Below, in pieces: positions 43,601-53,438 of a stretch of DNA of 64,000 nucleotides (the first letter of the stretch is position 1; each line of letters starts with the position of its first letter). The notes beneath the pieces are model-generated. The model was not told the origin of the DNA and made no database searches. It saw only the letters and a program-made list of their open reading frames with translations. This DNA is from an uncultured Allorhizobium sp. (GTDB lineage Bacteria; Pseudomonadota; Alphaproteobacteria; Rhizobiales; Rhizobiaceae), in the NCBI GenBank assembly GCA_958439205.1, contig OY288189.1, forward strand, positions 511,960-575,959, written 5' to 3'. Position numbers and translations under genes: made by a program.

Positions 43601-44152
43601 ATGAGCCTCGACATACGCGACCTGACCCCCGACGACCTCTCAGAGGTGACGTCGATCTATGCCGATGCGGTCGCGAACGGAACGGCGAGCTATGAGATCG
43701 TGCCTCCTGATCTTTCGGAGATGTCCGAGAGATATCAAGCGCTCAAGGCAAAGGGCTACCCCTACCTGGCGGCTGTCGACGAGCAAGGTTCTCTTTCCGG
43801 CTACGCCTATGCTTCCGCCTTCAGGACGCGTCCGGCCTATCGATGGCTGGTGGAGGATTCCATCTACATTCATCCATCCGCGCGTGGCCGGGGCGTGGGA
43901 AAGGCCTTGCTGAACGCGCTGCTCGACCGCTGCGAAACAGCGGGCTTCCGACAGATGGTCGCGGTGATCGGCGGTGCCAGCGAGGCGTCCATGGCGGTCC
44001 ACCGTAGCTGTGGTTTCGAGTTTTCGGGCAGACTGGTGGGGACCGGTTTCAAGCACGGGCTTTGGCTCGATACCGTCTTCATGCAAAAGGCGATGGGTGA
44101 GGGCAATACGACCTTGCCCGATCTTTCGACCTATCCTGGCGTCATGCCTTAA
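43601..44152 (+). CDS. GNAT N-acetyltransferase (phosphinothricin/methionine sulfoximine acetyltransferase-like)
   Basis: NGTASYE, GYAYASAFRTRPAYRW, EDSIY, RGRGVGKALL, GFKHGLWLD; start ATG 43601. Confidence 0.9.
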   Translation: MSLDIRDLTPDDLSEVTSIYADAVANGTASYEIVPPDLSEMSERYQALKAKGYPYLAAVDEQGSLSGYAYASAFRTRPAYRWLVEDSIYIHPSARGRGVGKALLNALLDRCETAGFRQMVAVIGGASEASMAVHRSCGFEFSGRLVGTGFKHGLWLDTVFMQKAMGEGNTTLPDLSTYPGVMP

Positions 44153-44155
44153 GCT

Positions 44156-44554
44156 TTAGTCCAAAGCCTTCAGCGCCTTGTCGAAGACCTTCAGAACCTG
44201 GCGGAGGTCATGCCCACGCTTGAGTATCCGTCCGTCCGTGCCGACCACGGAGAAGGCGCCCTGCTTGGCTGCGAGTTTCGGGTTCTTCTCGATCCGGTAC
44301 AGCGGATATTCGCCCGATCGCTTAAAGACGGAGAACACTGCCTTGTCCTTCAAGTGATCGATCGCGTAGTCGCGCCACTCGCCTTCTCCGACCATGCGGC
44401 CGTAGATCCAGAGAATGGCGTCGAGTTCGCGACGATGGAAGGTGACGGGTAGAGGGTCGAGCGATTGTCTGTAGACACCCAGGTCGACAACGGGAGTGGC
44501 GCTTCTGTCTGCACCCTCGTCGTCGCGGCGCTGCCCTTCCGGCTGCTCTGTCAT
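44156..44554 (-). CDS. DUF2794 family protein
   Basis: VTFHRRELDAILWIYGRMVGEGEWRDYAID, PLYRIEK, GHDLRQVL. Confidence 0.88.
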   Translation of the reverse strand: MTEQPEGQRRDDEGADRSATPVVDLGVYRQSLDPLPVTFHRRELDAILWIYGRMVGEGEWRDYAIDHLKDKAVFSVFKRSGEYPLYRIEKNPKLAAKQGAFSVVGTDGRILKRGHDLRQVLKVFDKALKALD

Positions 44555-44657
44555 CAATGCTCCACGAGCTCCGATTCATGACGGATGGGTGACAGTGTGC
44601 CTGACATGCCCGAAATTGCAAGCTTCGACGGGCAGGCTCTGTCCGGAGCTGCCCTCC

Positions 44658-45596
44658 TTAGCGGCTTCGGCTGAGGAAGTGGCCAAGCAAAAGTTCGCGC
44701 AGGCGTGCTGCGATCGGCGACAGTCGTTTACCGCTTAGCGTGATGAGGTGATACGGCGTCACCTCGATCGGTGTGTCCAGCCTGAGCGTCGTCAGATCGC
44801 CGACCGGCGTCTGGCGACAGAGAAGGTCCGAAACTTCCCGCGACATCGGCGCGATCGCGTTCGACGAGGCAAGCATGGCAATCATCACCAGAAGCGAGGT
44901 CGTGTTGACGATGTTGCGCGGGATCGGGGCGCCTTCCTCGATGAAGACATTCTCGACCGCCTGACGCAGAGGCGTGCCGGGGGCCTGCATCACCCAGGGG
45001 AAATGCGTCATGTCCGAAATGTTCAGCCGGTCGACATTGACCAGGGGATGGCTGCGGTGGACGACGATCTCCACTTCTTCCATGGTCGCCCCTTCGACAT
45101 GAAACTGCCTTGCGTCGATGCCCGCGGGGATACGCCCCAGGACAAAGTCGTACTGGCCAGACAGTAGGTCCCGGATCATTTCGCCGCTGGGGGCGACGTC
45201 GACGTGGATGTCGACGGTCGAGGCTTCTGCCTTCAGGGCGCGAATGGCCGGAACGACGTGACCGACGGCGCCGCCCGTGACGGCGCCGATCCTGACCTTG
45301 CCGGTCAAACCCCGCTGGATGGCTTCGACTTCTCTTGCCGCTTCGCGCATTTCCTCAAGAACGTTCAAAGCCCGGCGGGCAAGCGCGCTGCCGACAGCCG
45401 TGGGCTCCATGCCCTTCGGCGTGCGGACGAAAATCGGCGAGCCGACATAGCGCTCAATTTCCCCCAACATGCGGGAAGCCGCAGGCTGTGTCAGCGCAAG
45501 TGCCTGAGCGGCCAAGCTTAATTGACCAAGCTCCGCGATGGAGCGGATCAGGTTCAAATGCTTGGGCTGCAATCGGTGGATATGAATCTCGGCCAT
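44658..45596 (-). CDS. gbpR: LysR-type regulator (GbpR-like), divergent from chvE
   Basis: LTQPAASRML HTH, VRIGAV, PRNIVNTTS; classic gbpR/chvE divergent layout. Confidence 0.8.
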   Translation of the reverse strand: MAEIHIHRLQPKHLNLIRSIAELGQLSLAAQALALTQPAASRMLGEIERYVGSPIFVRTPKGMEPTAVGSALARRALNVLEEMREAAREVEAIQRGLTGKVRIGAVTGGAVGHVVPAIRALKAEASTVDIHVDVAPSGEMIRDLLSGQYDFVLGRIPAGIDARQFHVEGATMEEVEIVVHRSHPLVNVDRLNISDMTHFPWVMQAPGTPLRQAVENVFIEEGAPIPRNIVNTTSLLVMIAMLASSNAIAPMSREVSDLLCRQTPVGDLTTLRLDTPIEVTPYHLITLSGKRLSPIAARLRELLLGHFLSRSR

Positions 45597-45603
45597 TAAG
45601 CAC

Positions 45604-45619
45604 ATATCAACTACGGTAT
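45604..45619. promoter_or_regulatory. Candidate GbpR operator (ATA-N10-TAT)
   Basis: CATATC-AACTAC-GGTATG inverted repeat 8 bp upstream of the gbpR start. Confidence 0.5.
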
Positions 45620-45767
45620 GCAGAAAGTCAAAATAATCATTTGATCGGTATATTGGCCACGATAAGACTCGCCACGGAGCTGGGGGCTGCCGTGTCAGCC
45701 GTCCGTTCTTGTTTCAGCGAGTGCCAGGAGGAGCTTGGCCTCGCACGGTATGACCAGGGAGGTTACC

Positions 45768-46838
45768 ATGAAGAAACTTGGCGCCCTGATTGCGTCGCTC
45801 GCAATCGGCATCGCATCATTCGCGCCCATGTCCTACGCACAGGACAAGGGTATGGTCGGCATTTCCATGCCGACGAAGACGTCGACCCGTTGGATCTCGG
45901 ACGGCGAGACAATGGAAAAGCTGTTCACGGAAGCCGGCTACACCCCGGACCTGCAGTTTGCTGACGACGATATCCCGAACCAGCTCGCCCAGATCGAAAA
46001 CATGGTCACCAAGGGTGCCAAGGTTCTCGTCATCGGCGCCATCGACGGCACCACGCTTTCCGACATCCTGCAGAAGGCTGCCGATGCTGGCGTCAAGGTC
46101 ATCGCTTATGACCGCCTGATCCGCGATTCCGGCAACGTCGACTACTACGCCACCTTCGACAACTTCCAGGTTGGCGTTCTCCAGGCAACCAGCCTCGTTG
46201 ACGGCCTCAAGGCGAAGTTCCCGGACACCAAGCCGTGGAACGTCGAACTCTTCGGCGGTTCGCCGGACGACAACAACGCCTTCTTCTTCTACGATGGCGC
46301 AATGTCTGTTCTGCAGCCCCTGATCGACAGCGGCGACATCGTCGTCAAGTCGGGCCAGATGGGCATGGACCAGGTTGGTACGCTGCGTTGGGACGGCACT
46401 GTCGCCCAGGCTCGTATGGAAAACCTGCTCTCCTCGACCTACACCGAAGACAAGCTGCACGGCGCTCTTTCGCCGTATGACGGTCTCTCGATCGGTATCC
46501 TGTCCGCTCTGAAGGGCGTTGGCTACGGTTCGGGCGATATGGTCATGCCGGTTGTTACCGGTCAGGACGCCGAGCTTCCTTCGATCAAGTCGATGCTTGC
46601 CGACGAGCAGTACTCGACCGTGTTCAAGGACACCCGCGAACTCGCCAAGGTCGCTGTTTCCATGGTTGACGCGATCATGGGCGGCAAGGCTCCGGAGATC
46701 AACGACGAGAAGACCTACAACAACGGTGTGAAGGTCGTTCCGTCCTACCTGCTGAAGCCTGTCGCTCTCGACAAGGCCAATGCCAAGGAAGTTCTCGTCG
46801 GCGCCGGCTACTACACCGCCGAGCAGATCGACAACTGA
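45768..46838 (+). CDS. chvE: Multiple-sugar ABC transporter periplasmic binding protein (ChvE/SbpA family)
   Basis: Signal peptide; [63 protein letters not shown]. Confidence 0.9.
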   Translation: MKKLGALIASLAIGIASFAPMSYAQDKGMVGISMPTKTSTRWISDGETMEKLFTEAGYTPDLQFADDDIPNQLAQIENMVTKGAKVLVIGAIDGTTLSDILQKAADAGVKVIAYDRLIRDSGNVDYYATFDNFQVGVLQATSLVDGLKAKFPDTKPWNVELFGGSPDDNNAFFFYDGAMSVLQPLIDSGDIVVKSGQMGMDQVGTLRWDGTVAQARMENLLSSTYTEDKLHGALSPYDGLSIGILSALKGVGYGSGDMVMPVVTGQDAELPSIKSMLADEQYSTVFKDTRELAKVAVSMVDAIMGGKAPEINDEKTYNNGVKVVPSYLLKPVALDKANAKEVLVGAGYYTAEQIDN

Positions 46839-46855
46839 TCCTTCGGATCGCATCC

Positions 46856-46879
46856 GGGTCCGCGACATGTCGCGGACCC
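46856..46879. repeat. Perfect 24-bp palindrome in the chvE-gguA spacer
   Basis: GGGTCCGCGACATGTCGCGGACCC is its own reverse complement. Confidence 0.9.
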
Positions 46880-46958
46880 ATTTTCTATACGCATTGAGGG
46901 AGCTCGCGCCTCCAGCTGGATCTTTCGGGATCGCTGGCCTGGCGCCGGAATTCTGCAC

Positions 46959-48494
46959 ATGGACAACATCATTCTCGAGATGCGCGGCATCACAAAGACA
47001 TTTCCCGGCGTGAAAGCGCTGGACAATGTCAGCTTCAAGGTGCGCGAGGGCGAGATCCACGCGCTGGTCGGCGAAAATGGCGCCGGCAAGTCTACGCTGA
47101 TGAAGGTCCTGAGCGGTGTCTATCCCGCTGGCACCTATGACGGCGACATCTTCTACGACGGAGAAGTCCGTCGCTTCGGCCGGATCTCCGACAGCGAAGA
47201 GCTCGGCATCATCATCATTCACCAGGAACTGGCGCTCGTGCCGCTCCTGTCGATCGCCGAGAACATCTTCCTCGGCAATGAAATCGCCCAGAACGGCGTG
47301 ATCCACTGGCCCCAGACATTTGCGCGGACGAAAGAGCTGCTGGCAAAGGTCGGCCTGAAGGACGCGCCGTCGACACGCATCACCGACATCGGTGTCGGCA
47401 AGCAGCAGCTGGTAGAAATCGCCAAGGCCCTGTCGAAGAAGGTTCGCCTGTTGATCCTCGACGAGCCGACCGCTTCTCTGAACGAAACGGATTCGGACGC
47501 GCTGCTGACGCTGCTCATGGAGTTCCGCAAGCAGGGGATGACCTCGATCATCATCTCCCACAAGCTGAACGAAATCCGCAAGGTTGCTGACCAGATCACC
47601 ATCCTTCGTGACGGCGGCACCGTCGAAACGCTCGACTGTCACACCCAGGAGATCACGGAAGACCGGATCATCAAGGGCATGGTCGGCCGTGACATGGAAG
47701 ACCGCTACCCGAAGCGCGACCCCAAGATTGGCGACGTCCTGCTTGAGGTGAAGAATTGGAACGTCTTCCACCAGAACCACCGCGACCGTCAGTTCCTGCA
47801 CGATGTCGCCTTCAATGTCCGCGCCGGCGAAGTCGTTGGCATCGCGGGCCTGATGGGTGCCGGGCGTACAGAGACGGCGATGAGCATTTTTGGCAAGTCC
47901 TGGGGTCACAAGATCACGGGTGACGTCTCGATGCATGGGAAGCCGGTCGATGTTTCGACGATCCCGAAGGCGATCGAGGCCGGTCTTGCCTATGTGACGG
48001 AAGACCGGAAACATCTCGGTCTCGTGCTGCAGAACAACATCAAGGAAAACACCACGCTCGCCAATCTCGACGGCGTTTCCAGCGGCACGATCATCGATGA
48101 CCGCAAGGAAGCCAAGGTGGCGTCCGACTATCGCCAGAAGCTCCGGATCCGGTCGCACTCGATCTACCAGGAGGCCGTGAACCTCTCCGGTGGCAACCAG
48201 CAGAAGGTTGTTCTGTCGAAGTGGCTGTTCACGAACCCTGAGATCCTGATCCTCGACGAGCCGACGCGCGGCATCGACGTCGGGGCGAAGTTTGAAATCT
48301 ACACCATCATCAACCAGCTTGCCGCCGAAGGTAAGGGCATTCTGATGATCTCGTCGGAAATGCCCGAACTGCTCGGCACCTGCGACCGCATCTACGTCAT
48401 GAACGAAGGACGCATCGTCGCGGAACTGTCCAAGGAAGAAGCAAGCCAAGAGTCCATCATGCGTGCCATCATGCGCTCTGGGGAGAAACACTAA
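46959..48494 (+). CDS. gguA: Sugar ABC transporter ATP-binding protein (GguA/MmsA)
   Basis: [14 protein letters not shown] twice, LSGGNQQKV; double NBD. Confidence 0.93.
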   Translation: MDNIILEMRGITKTFPGVKALDNVSFKVREGEIHALVGENGAGKSTLMKVLSGVYPAGTYDGDIFYDGEVRRFGRISDSEELGIIIIHQELALVPLLSIAENIFLGNEIAQNGVIHWPQTFARTKELLAKVGLKDAPSTRITDIGVGKQQLVEIAKALSKKVRLLILDEPTASLNETDSDALLTLLMEFRKQGMTSIIISHKLNEIRKVADQITILRDGGTVETLDCHTQEITEDRIIKGMVGRDMEDRYPKRDPKIGDVLLEVKNWNVFHQNHRDRQFLHDVAFNVRAGEVVGIAGLMGAGRTETAMSIFGKSWGHKITGDVSMHGKPVDVSTIPKAIEAGLAYVTEDRKHLGLVLQNNIKENTTLANLDGVSSGTIIDDRKEAKVASDYRQKLRIRSHSIYQEAVNLSGGNQQKVVLSKWLFTNPEILILDEPTRGIDVGAKFEIYTIINQLAAEGKGILMISSEMPELLGTCDRIYVMNEGRIVAELSKEEASQESIMRAIMRSGEKH

Positions 48495-49705
48495 TGGCTA
48501 TCGACACAAGAACCGAAACCCCCAAGGTCTCCGTAGGCGACTATCTGCGCAACAACATCCGCGAATACGGACTGCTGCTCGCGCTCGTCGTCATCATGCT
48601 GTTGTTCCAGTTCCTGACCAACGGCGTTCTTTTCCGTCCGGTCAACATCACCAACCTGGTGCTGCAGAACTCGTTCATCGTTATCATGGCGCTCGGCATG
48701 TTGCTGATCATCGTGGCGGGGCACATTGACCTGTCGGTCGGCTCGATCGTCGCCTTCATCGGCGGCATATCGGCGATCATGCTGGTTAAATGGGGCTGGC
48801 ATTTCTCGCTGGTCGTGCCGCTGTGTCTGGTGCTCGGTGGCGTCATGGGTGCTGCCCAGGGTTACTGGGTCGCCTATCAGAAGATCCCGTCCTTCATCGT
48901 GACGCTCGCCGGCATGCTGGTTTTCCGCGGCCTGACCTATGTCGTGCTCCAGGGTCGCCCGATCGGTCCCTTCCCGAAGGAATTCACGCTGCTGTCGACC
49001 GGCTTCATCCCGGACTTCCTGCCGCTGACAGATGTCGCGACCACCGGCATCGCCAACCACGTTGCCATCATTCTGATTGTGCTGCTTGTCGGTATGGCGA
49101 TCTATAACGGCATGAAAAACCGCCGCCTGAACGAAGAGCACGGCACCGAAAACGAACCCTTCGTGTTCTTCGCCGTACAGATGGGCATCATCAGCGCTGT
49201 TGCTATCTTCCTCGGCTATCAGCTCGCCACCTATCGCGGCCTGCCGAACGTGCTCGTCGTCATGGGCGTTCTCATCGCGCTTTATTCCTTCGTCACCACC
49301 CGCACCACGATCGGTCGCCGCATCTATGCGCTGGGTGGCAATGAAAAGGCTGCGAAGCTTTCCGGCATCAATACCGAAAAGCTGGTGTTCCTGACCTTCG
49401 TCAACATGGGTGTGCTCGCAGCTCTCGCCGGCATGATCATCGCGGCTCGCCTCAATTCGGCGACACCGAAGGCGGGCGTCGGCTTCGAGCTCGACGTTAT
49501 CGCGGCCTGCTTCATCGGCGGTGCCTCGGCGTCCGGCGGCGTTGGCAAGATCACCGGTGCTGTCATCGGCGCCTTTATCATGGGTGTCATGAACAACGGC
49601 ATGTCGATCATGGGTATCGGCATCGACTACCAGCAGCTCATCAAGGGCCTCGTGCTTTTGGCTGCTGTCTTCTTCGACGTTTACAACAAGAACAAAGCAG
49701 TCTGA
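48494..49705 (+). CDS. gguB: Sugar ABC transporter permease (GguB/MmsB)
   Basis: IDLSVGS, IPSFIVTLAGM, GRRIYALGGNEKAAKLSGI, FELDVIAACFIGG. Confidence 0.93.
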   Translation: MAIDTRTETPKVSVGDYLRNNIREYGLLLALVVIMLLFQFLTNGVLFRPVNITNLVLQNSFIVIMALGMLLIIVAGHIDLSVGSIVAFIGGISAIMLVKWGWHFSLVVPLCLVLGGVMGAAQGYWVAYQKIPSFIVTLAGMLVFRGLTYVVLQGRPIGPFPKEFTLLSTGFIPDFLPLTDVATTGIANHVAIILIVLLVGMAIYNGMKNRRLNEEHGTENEPFVFFAVQMGIISAVAIFLGYQLATYRGLPNVLVVMGVLIALYSFVTTRTTIGRRIYALGGNEKAAKLSGINTEKLVFLTFVNMGVLAALAGMIIAARLNSATPKAGVGFELDVIAACFIGGASASGGVGKITGAVIGAFIMGVMNNGMSIMGIGIDYQQLIKGLVLLAAVFFDVYNKNKAV

Positions 49706-49715
49706 GGATAGGCTT

Positions 49716-50681
49716 ATGTTTCTCTCGCAATTGAAGACTGGCGGCGTCATCTGCCGCCAGGGTGAGGCCGCGCGCCTTGTCCCAGGTTACAAGACAACTT
49801 ACGAACTCGCAAAGGCAGCGATTGCTGCCGGCACTGACGTAGCGACCCTCATCGAGAAGCAGGGTGCTGGCGATGCCGTCGATCTCATTGCTCTGGCGGC
49901 CGAAGGCAAGCTTGACTGCCCCGTGCGTCATCCGGATCCGGCTCACATGTACCTGACGGGTACAGGCCTGACGCATACCGGGTCGGCATCCGCCCGTGAC
50001 AGCATGCATGCGGATACGGCTGGCATGAGCGATTCGATGAAGATGTTCCGCATGGGCATGGAAGGCGGCAAGCCGAAGCCCGGCGAAATCGGCGTTCAGC
50101 CGGAGTGGTTCTACAAGGGCAACGGCTTCAACGCGGTTGCACCTGGCGAAGATCTCGTCTCGCCATCCTTCGCGCTCGATGGTGGTGAAGAGCCGGAAAT
50201 GGCTGGCTACTACATCATCGGCGAGGACGGCACCGCGCATCGCCTCGGCTTCTCCGTGGCCAACGAATTCTCCGACCACGTGACCGAGAAGATCAACTAC
50301 CTCTTCCTCGCACACTCCAAGCTGCGTCCGGCCTCCTTCGGTCCGGAACTGCGTGTCGGCGCTCTGCCCGACCACGTCGAAGGCATTTCGCGCATCGTGC
50401 GCGCTGGCCAGACCGTCTGGGAAAAGCCGTTCCTCTCGGGTGAGGCCAACATGTCCCACACGATCGCAAACCTGGAGTATCACCACTTCAAGTATGCGCT
50501 GTTCTGCCAGCCTGGCGATCTGCATGTCCACATGTACGGCACAGCGACGCTGTCCGTCGCGGATGGATTCGTCACGCAGGAAGGCGATGTCTTCGAAATC
50601 GAGTCCCCGCAATTCGGTCTCCCACTGCGCAACCGCCTGGCAAAGGCTGCCGCAGAGACCGTTAAGGTGAAGATGCTCTGA
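49716..50681 (+). CDS. araD1: AraD1/GguC family FAH-fold protein (probable 2-keto-3-deoxy-pentonate dehydratase)
   Basis: TGTGLTH, QPEWFYKGNG, DGGEEPE, NEFSDHVTE, AHSKLR; directly after gguB. Confidence 0.85.
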   Translation: MFLSQLKTGGVICRQGEAARLVPGYKTTYELAKAAIAAGTDVATLIEKQGAGDAVDLIALAAEGKLDCPVRHPDPAHMYLTGTGLTHTGSASARDSMHADTAGMSDSMKMFRMGMEGGKPKPGEIGVQPEWFYKGNGFNAVAPGEDLVSPSFALDGGEEPEMAGYYIIGEDGTAHRLGFSVANEFSDHVTEKINYLFLAHSKLRPASFGPELRVGALPDHVEGISRIVRAGQTVWEKPFLSGEANMSHTIANLEYHHFKYALFCQPGDLHVHMYGTATLSVADGFVTQEGDVFEIESPQFGLPLRNRLAKAAAETVKVKML

Positions 50682-50730
50682 GCGGATCGGTCAACCGACC
50701 CGCCCATTTCCCAGAGACAGGACGAAAGCC

Positions 50731-52476
50731 ATGAGCAAGTTCAAACCGGCGGCTTGGCCGCGCCAACTGAGATCCCAGCACTGGTATGGCGGGACATCCC
50801 GCGACACGATCTATCATCGTGGCTGGATGAAGAACCAGGGCCACCCGCACGACCTCTTCGATGGTCGCCCGGTCATCGGTATCCTGAATACCTGGTCCGA
50901 CCTCACCCCATGCAACGGCCACCTGCGTGAGCTCGCTGAAAAGGTGAAGGCTGGCGTCTGGGAAGCTGGTGGTTTCCCGGTCGAGATCCCGGTTTTCTCG
51001 GCTTCCGAAAACACCTTCCGCCCGACGGCGATGATGTACCGCAACCTTGCGGCACTGGCCGTCGAAGAAGCTATGCGCGGCCAGCCGATCGATGGTGCCG
51101 TGCTGCTCGTCGGCTGTGACAAGACGACCCCGTCGCTGGTCATGGCGGCTGCTTCGACCGACCTTCCGTCTATCGTCGTCACCGGTGGCCCGATGCTGAA
51201 CGGCTATTTCCGCGGCGAACGCGTCGGTTCCGGCACGCATCTCTGGAAGTTCTCCGAAGCCGTGAAGGCTGGCGAGATGACCCAGGAAGAATTCGTCGAA
51301 GCCGAAGCTTCCATGTCCCGCTCCAGCGGCACCTGCAACACCATGGGCACCGCCTCGACCATGGCGTCGATGGTTGAAGCCCTCGGCATGGCGCTCTCGG
51401 GCAACGCCGCGATCCCGGCTGTCGACAGCCGCCGCAAGGTGATGGCGCAGCTTTCGGGGCGCCGGATTGTGCAGATGGTCAAGGACGACCTGAAGCCCTC
51501 CGACATCATGACCAAGGAAGCCTTCGAGAACGCGATCCGCGTCAACGGTGCGATCGGCGGCTCGACCAATGCCGTCGTGCATATCCTGGCGATGGCCGGC
51601 CGTGTCGGCATCGATCTGACGCTCGACGACTGGGATCGCCTCGGTCGCGACATCCCGACGATCGTCAACCTGATGCCGTCGGGCAAGTATCTAATGGAAG
51701 AGTTCTTCTATGCTGGCGGTCTGCCTGTTGTCATCAAGCGTCTTGGCGAAGCTGGCAAGCTGCACAAGGATGCGCTGACCGTCTCGGGCGAAAGCATCTG
51801 GGACGAGGTCAAGGACGTTCGCAACTGGAACGAGGACGTCATCCTGCCGGTCGACAAGGCACTGACCCAGCAGGGCGGTATTGTCGTTTTGCGCGGCAAT
51901 CTCGCGCCGAAGGGCTGCGTGTTGAAGCCGTCTGCTGCTTCCGCCCACCTGATGAAGCATCGTGGCCGCGCCGTGGTCTTCGAAGACATCGACGACTACA
52001 AGGCGAAGATCAACGACGAGGCGCTCGATATCGACGAGACCTGCGTCATGGTGCTGAAGAACTGTGGTCCGCGCGGCTATCCGGGCATGGCTGAAGTCGG
52101 CAACATGGGTCTGCCGCCGAAGGTCCTGCGCAAGGGCATTACCGACATGGTCCGCATTTCGGATGCGCGCATGTCCGGCACCGCCTATGGTACCGTTCTC
52201 CTGCACACCTCGCCTGAAGCCGCACGTGGCGGACCGCTCGCGATCGTCAAGAATGGTGACTTCATCGAGCTCGATGTCGAATCGCGCCGCATTCACCTCG
52301 ATATCTCGGAAGAAGAGATGCAGCGCCGTCTCGCAGACTGGCGCCCGTCGGTTGAGCCGCCGGCCAGCGGTTACGCCCGCCTTTTCCACGATCATGTCGA
52401 AGGTGCCGATACGGGTGCCGACTTCGACTTCCTGAAGGGCTGCCGCGGTTCGCCGGTCGGCAAGGACGCACACTGA
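50731..52476 (+). CDS. araD: L-arabinonate/aldonate dehydratase (IlvD/Edd family)
   Basis: LRSQHWYGGTSRD, PCNGHL, RPTAMMYRNL, GCDKTTP, GTCNTMGTASTM, SDARMSGT; gene nomenclature varies between species. Confidence 0.9.
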   Translation: MSKFKPAAWPRQLRSQHWYGGTSRDTIYHRGWMKNQGHPHDLFDGRPVIGILNTWSDLTPCNGHLRELAEKVKAGVWEAGGFPVEIPVFSASENTFRPTAMMYRNLAALAVEEAMRGQPIDGAVLLVGCDKTTPSLVMAAASTDLPSIVVTGGPMLNGYFRGERVGSGTHLWKFSEAVKAGEMTQEEFVEAEASMSRSSGTCNTMGTASTMASMVEALGMALSGNAAIPAVDSRRKVMAQLSGRRIVQMVKDDLKPSDIMTKEAFENAIRVNGAIGGSTNAVVHILAMAGRVGIDLTLDDWDRLGRDIPTIVNLMPSGKYLMEEFFYAGGLPVVIKRLGEAGKLHKDALTVSGESIWDEVKDVRNWNEDVILPVDKALTQQGGIVVLRGNLAPKGCVLKPSAASAHLMKHRGRAVVFEDIDDYKAKINDEALDIDETCVMVLKNCGPRGYPGMAEVGNMGLPPKVLRKGITDMVRISDARMSGTAYGTVLLHTSPEAARGGPLAIVKNGDFIELDVESRRIHLDISEEEMQRRLADWRPSVEPPASGYARLFHDHVEGADTGADFDFLKGCRGSPVGKDAH

Positions 52477-52487
52477 GGACCTTGACG

Positions 52488-53417
52488 ATGTCAGATCGTA
52501 TTCCGCTCGCGCTTGTCGGCATCGGCAAGATCGCCCGCGACCAGCACATTCCGTCGATCGAAGGCGGTCAGGACTTCGTCGTTGCCGTTGGCGTCAGCCG
52601 TCACGGCAAGGTCGAGGGTGCCGAGAACTTCACCGACTTCGATGCGTTTCTGGCCGCGCGTCCTGATATCAAGGTCGTGTCGCTCTGCACCCCGCCTGAA
52701 GTGCGCTTCGACATGGCAAAGGCTGCGATTGCGGCTGGTCGCCACGTGCTGATGGAAAAGCCACCGGCGACCACCCTGGGTGAGGCAGAGGCTCTGACTG
52801 AGCTTGCGGCCAAGGCTGGTGTCACCTTGTTTGCCACCTGGCACTCGCGCTTTGCGCTGGGTGTTGAGCCCGCTCGCCAGTGGCTTTCCGATAAGGTCAT
52901 CCAGTCGATTTCGATCGTCTGGAAGGAAGACGTGCGCCGTTGGCATCCCGGCCAGGCCTGGATCTGGGAACCGGGTGGCTTCGGCGTTTTCGATCCTGGT
53001 ATCAACGCACTCTCCATCCTGACGGAGATCGTGCCTGGCCACATCATGGTGGAAAAATCCACCCTGGAGTTCCCTGAAAACAAGAAGCAGCCAATCGCCG
53101 CTTCCATCGCCATGCGGACCGTCGAAGGCGCGCCGATCACGGCCGAATTCGACTGGCGACAGGAAGGGCCGCAGACGTGGGATATCACAGTCCAGACGAA
53201 TGCCGGCGAGCTGCGTCTTTCAAAGGGCGGTTCGGAACTCTATATCGGGGGTAAGGAACAGGCGTCCGGCCCGGACCGCGAATATGCGGGAATCTACGAA
53301 CGCTTCGCCCATCTCATCCGCTCCCGCCAGAGCGATACCGACTATCAGCCGCTGCGCATCGTGGCGGATTCGTTCCTTTGCGGGGAACGTAAAGTCGTCG
53401 CTCACTTCGAAGACTGA
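52488..53417 (+). CDS. Gfo/Idh/MocA oxidoreductase (L-arabinose/D-galactose 1-dehydrogenase type)
   Basis: VGIGKIARDQH, LMEKPP, WKEDVRRWHPGQAWIW, GVFDPGINALS. Confidence 0.88.
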   Translation: MSDRIPLALVGIGKIARDQHIPSIEGGQDFVVAVGVSRHGKVEGAENFTDFDAFLAARPDIKVVSLCTPPEVRFDMAKAAIAAGRHVLMEKPPATTLGEAEALTELAAKAGVTLFATWHSRFALGVEPARQWLSDKVIQSISIVWKEDVRRWHPGQAWIWEPGGFGVFDPGINALSILTEIVPGHIMVEKSTLEFPENKKQPIAASIAMRTVEGAPITAEFDWRQEGPQTWDITVQTNAGELRLSKGGSELYIGGKEQASGPDREYAGIYERFAHLIRSRQSDTDYQPLRIVADSFLCGERKVVAHFED

Positions 53418-53438
53418 CATCAAAAGGAGGCCCATCCC

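Noticed and set aside
45816-48491. 891-aa antisense ORF crossing the chvE-gguA intergenic region
   Set aside because: chvE and gguA are in the same frame (starts 1191 nt apart), so their shadow frames join through a GC-rich 120-nt spacer. There is no RBS or motif support.
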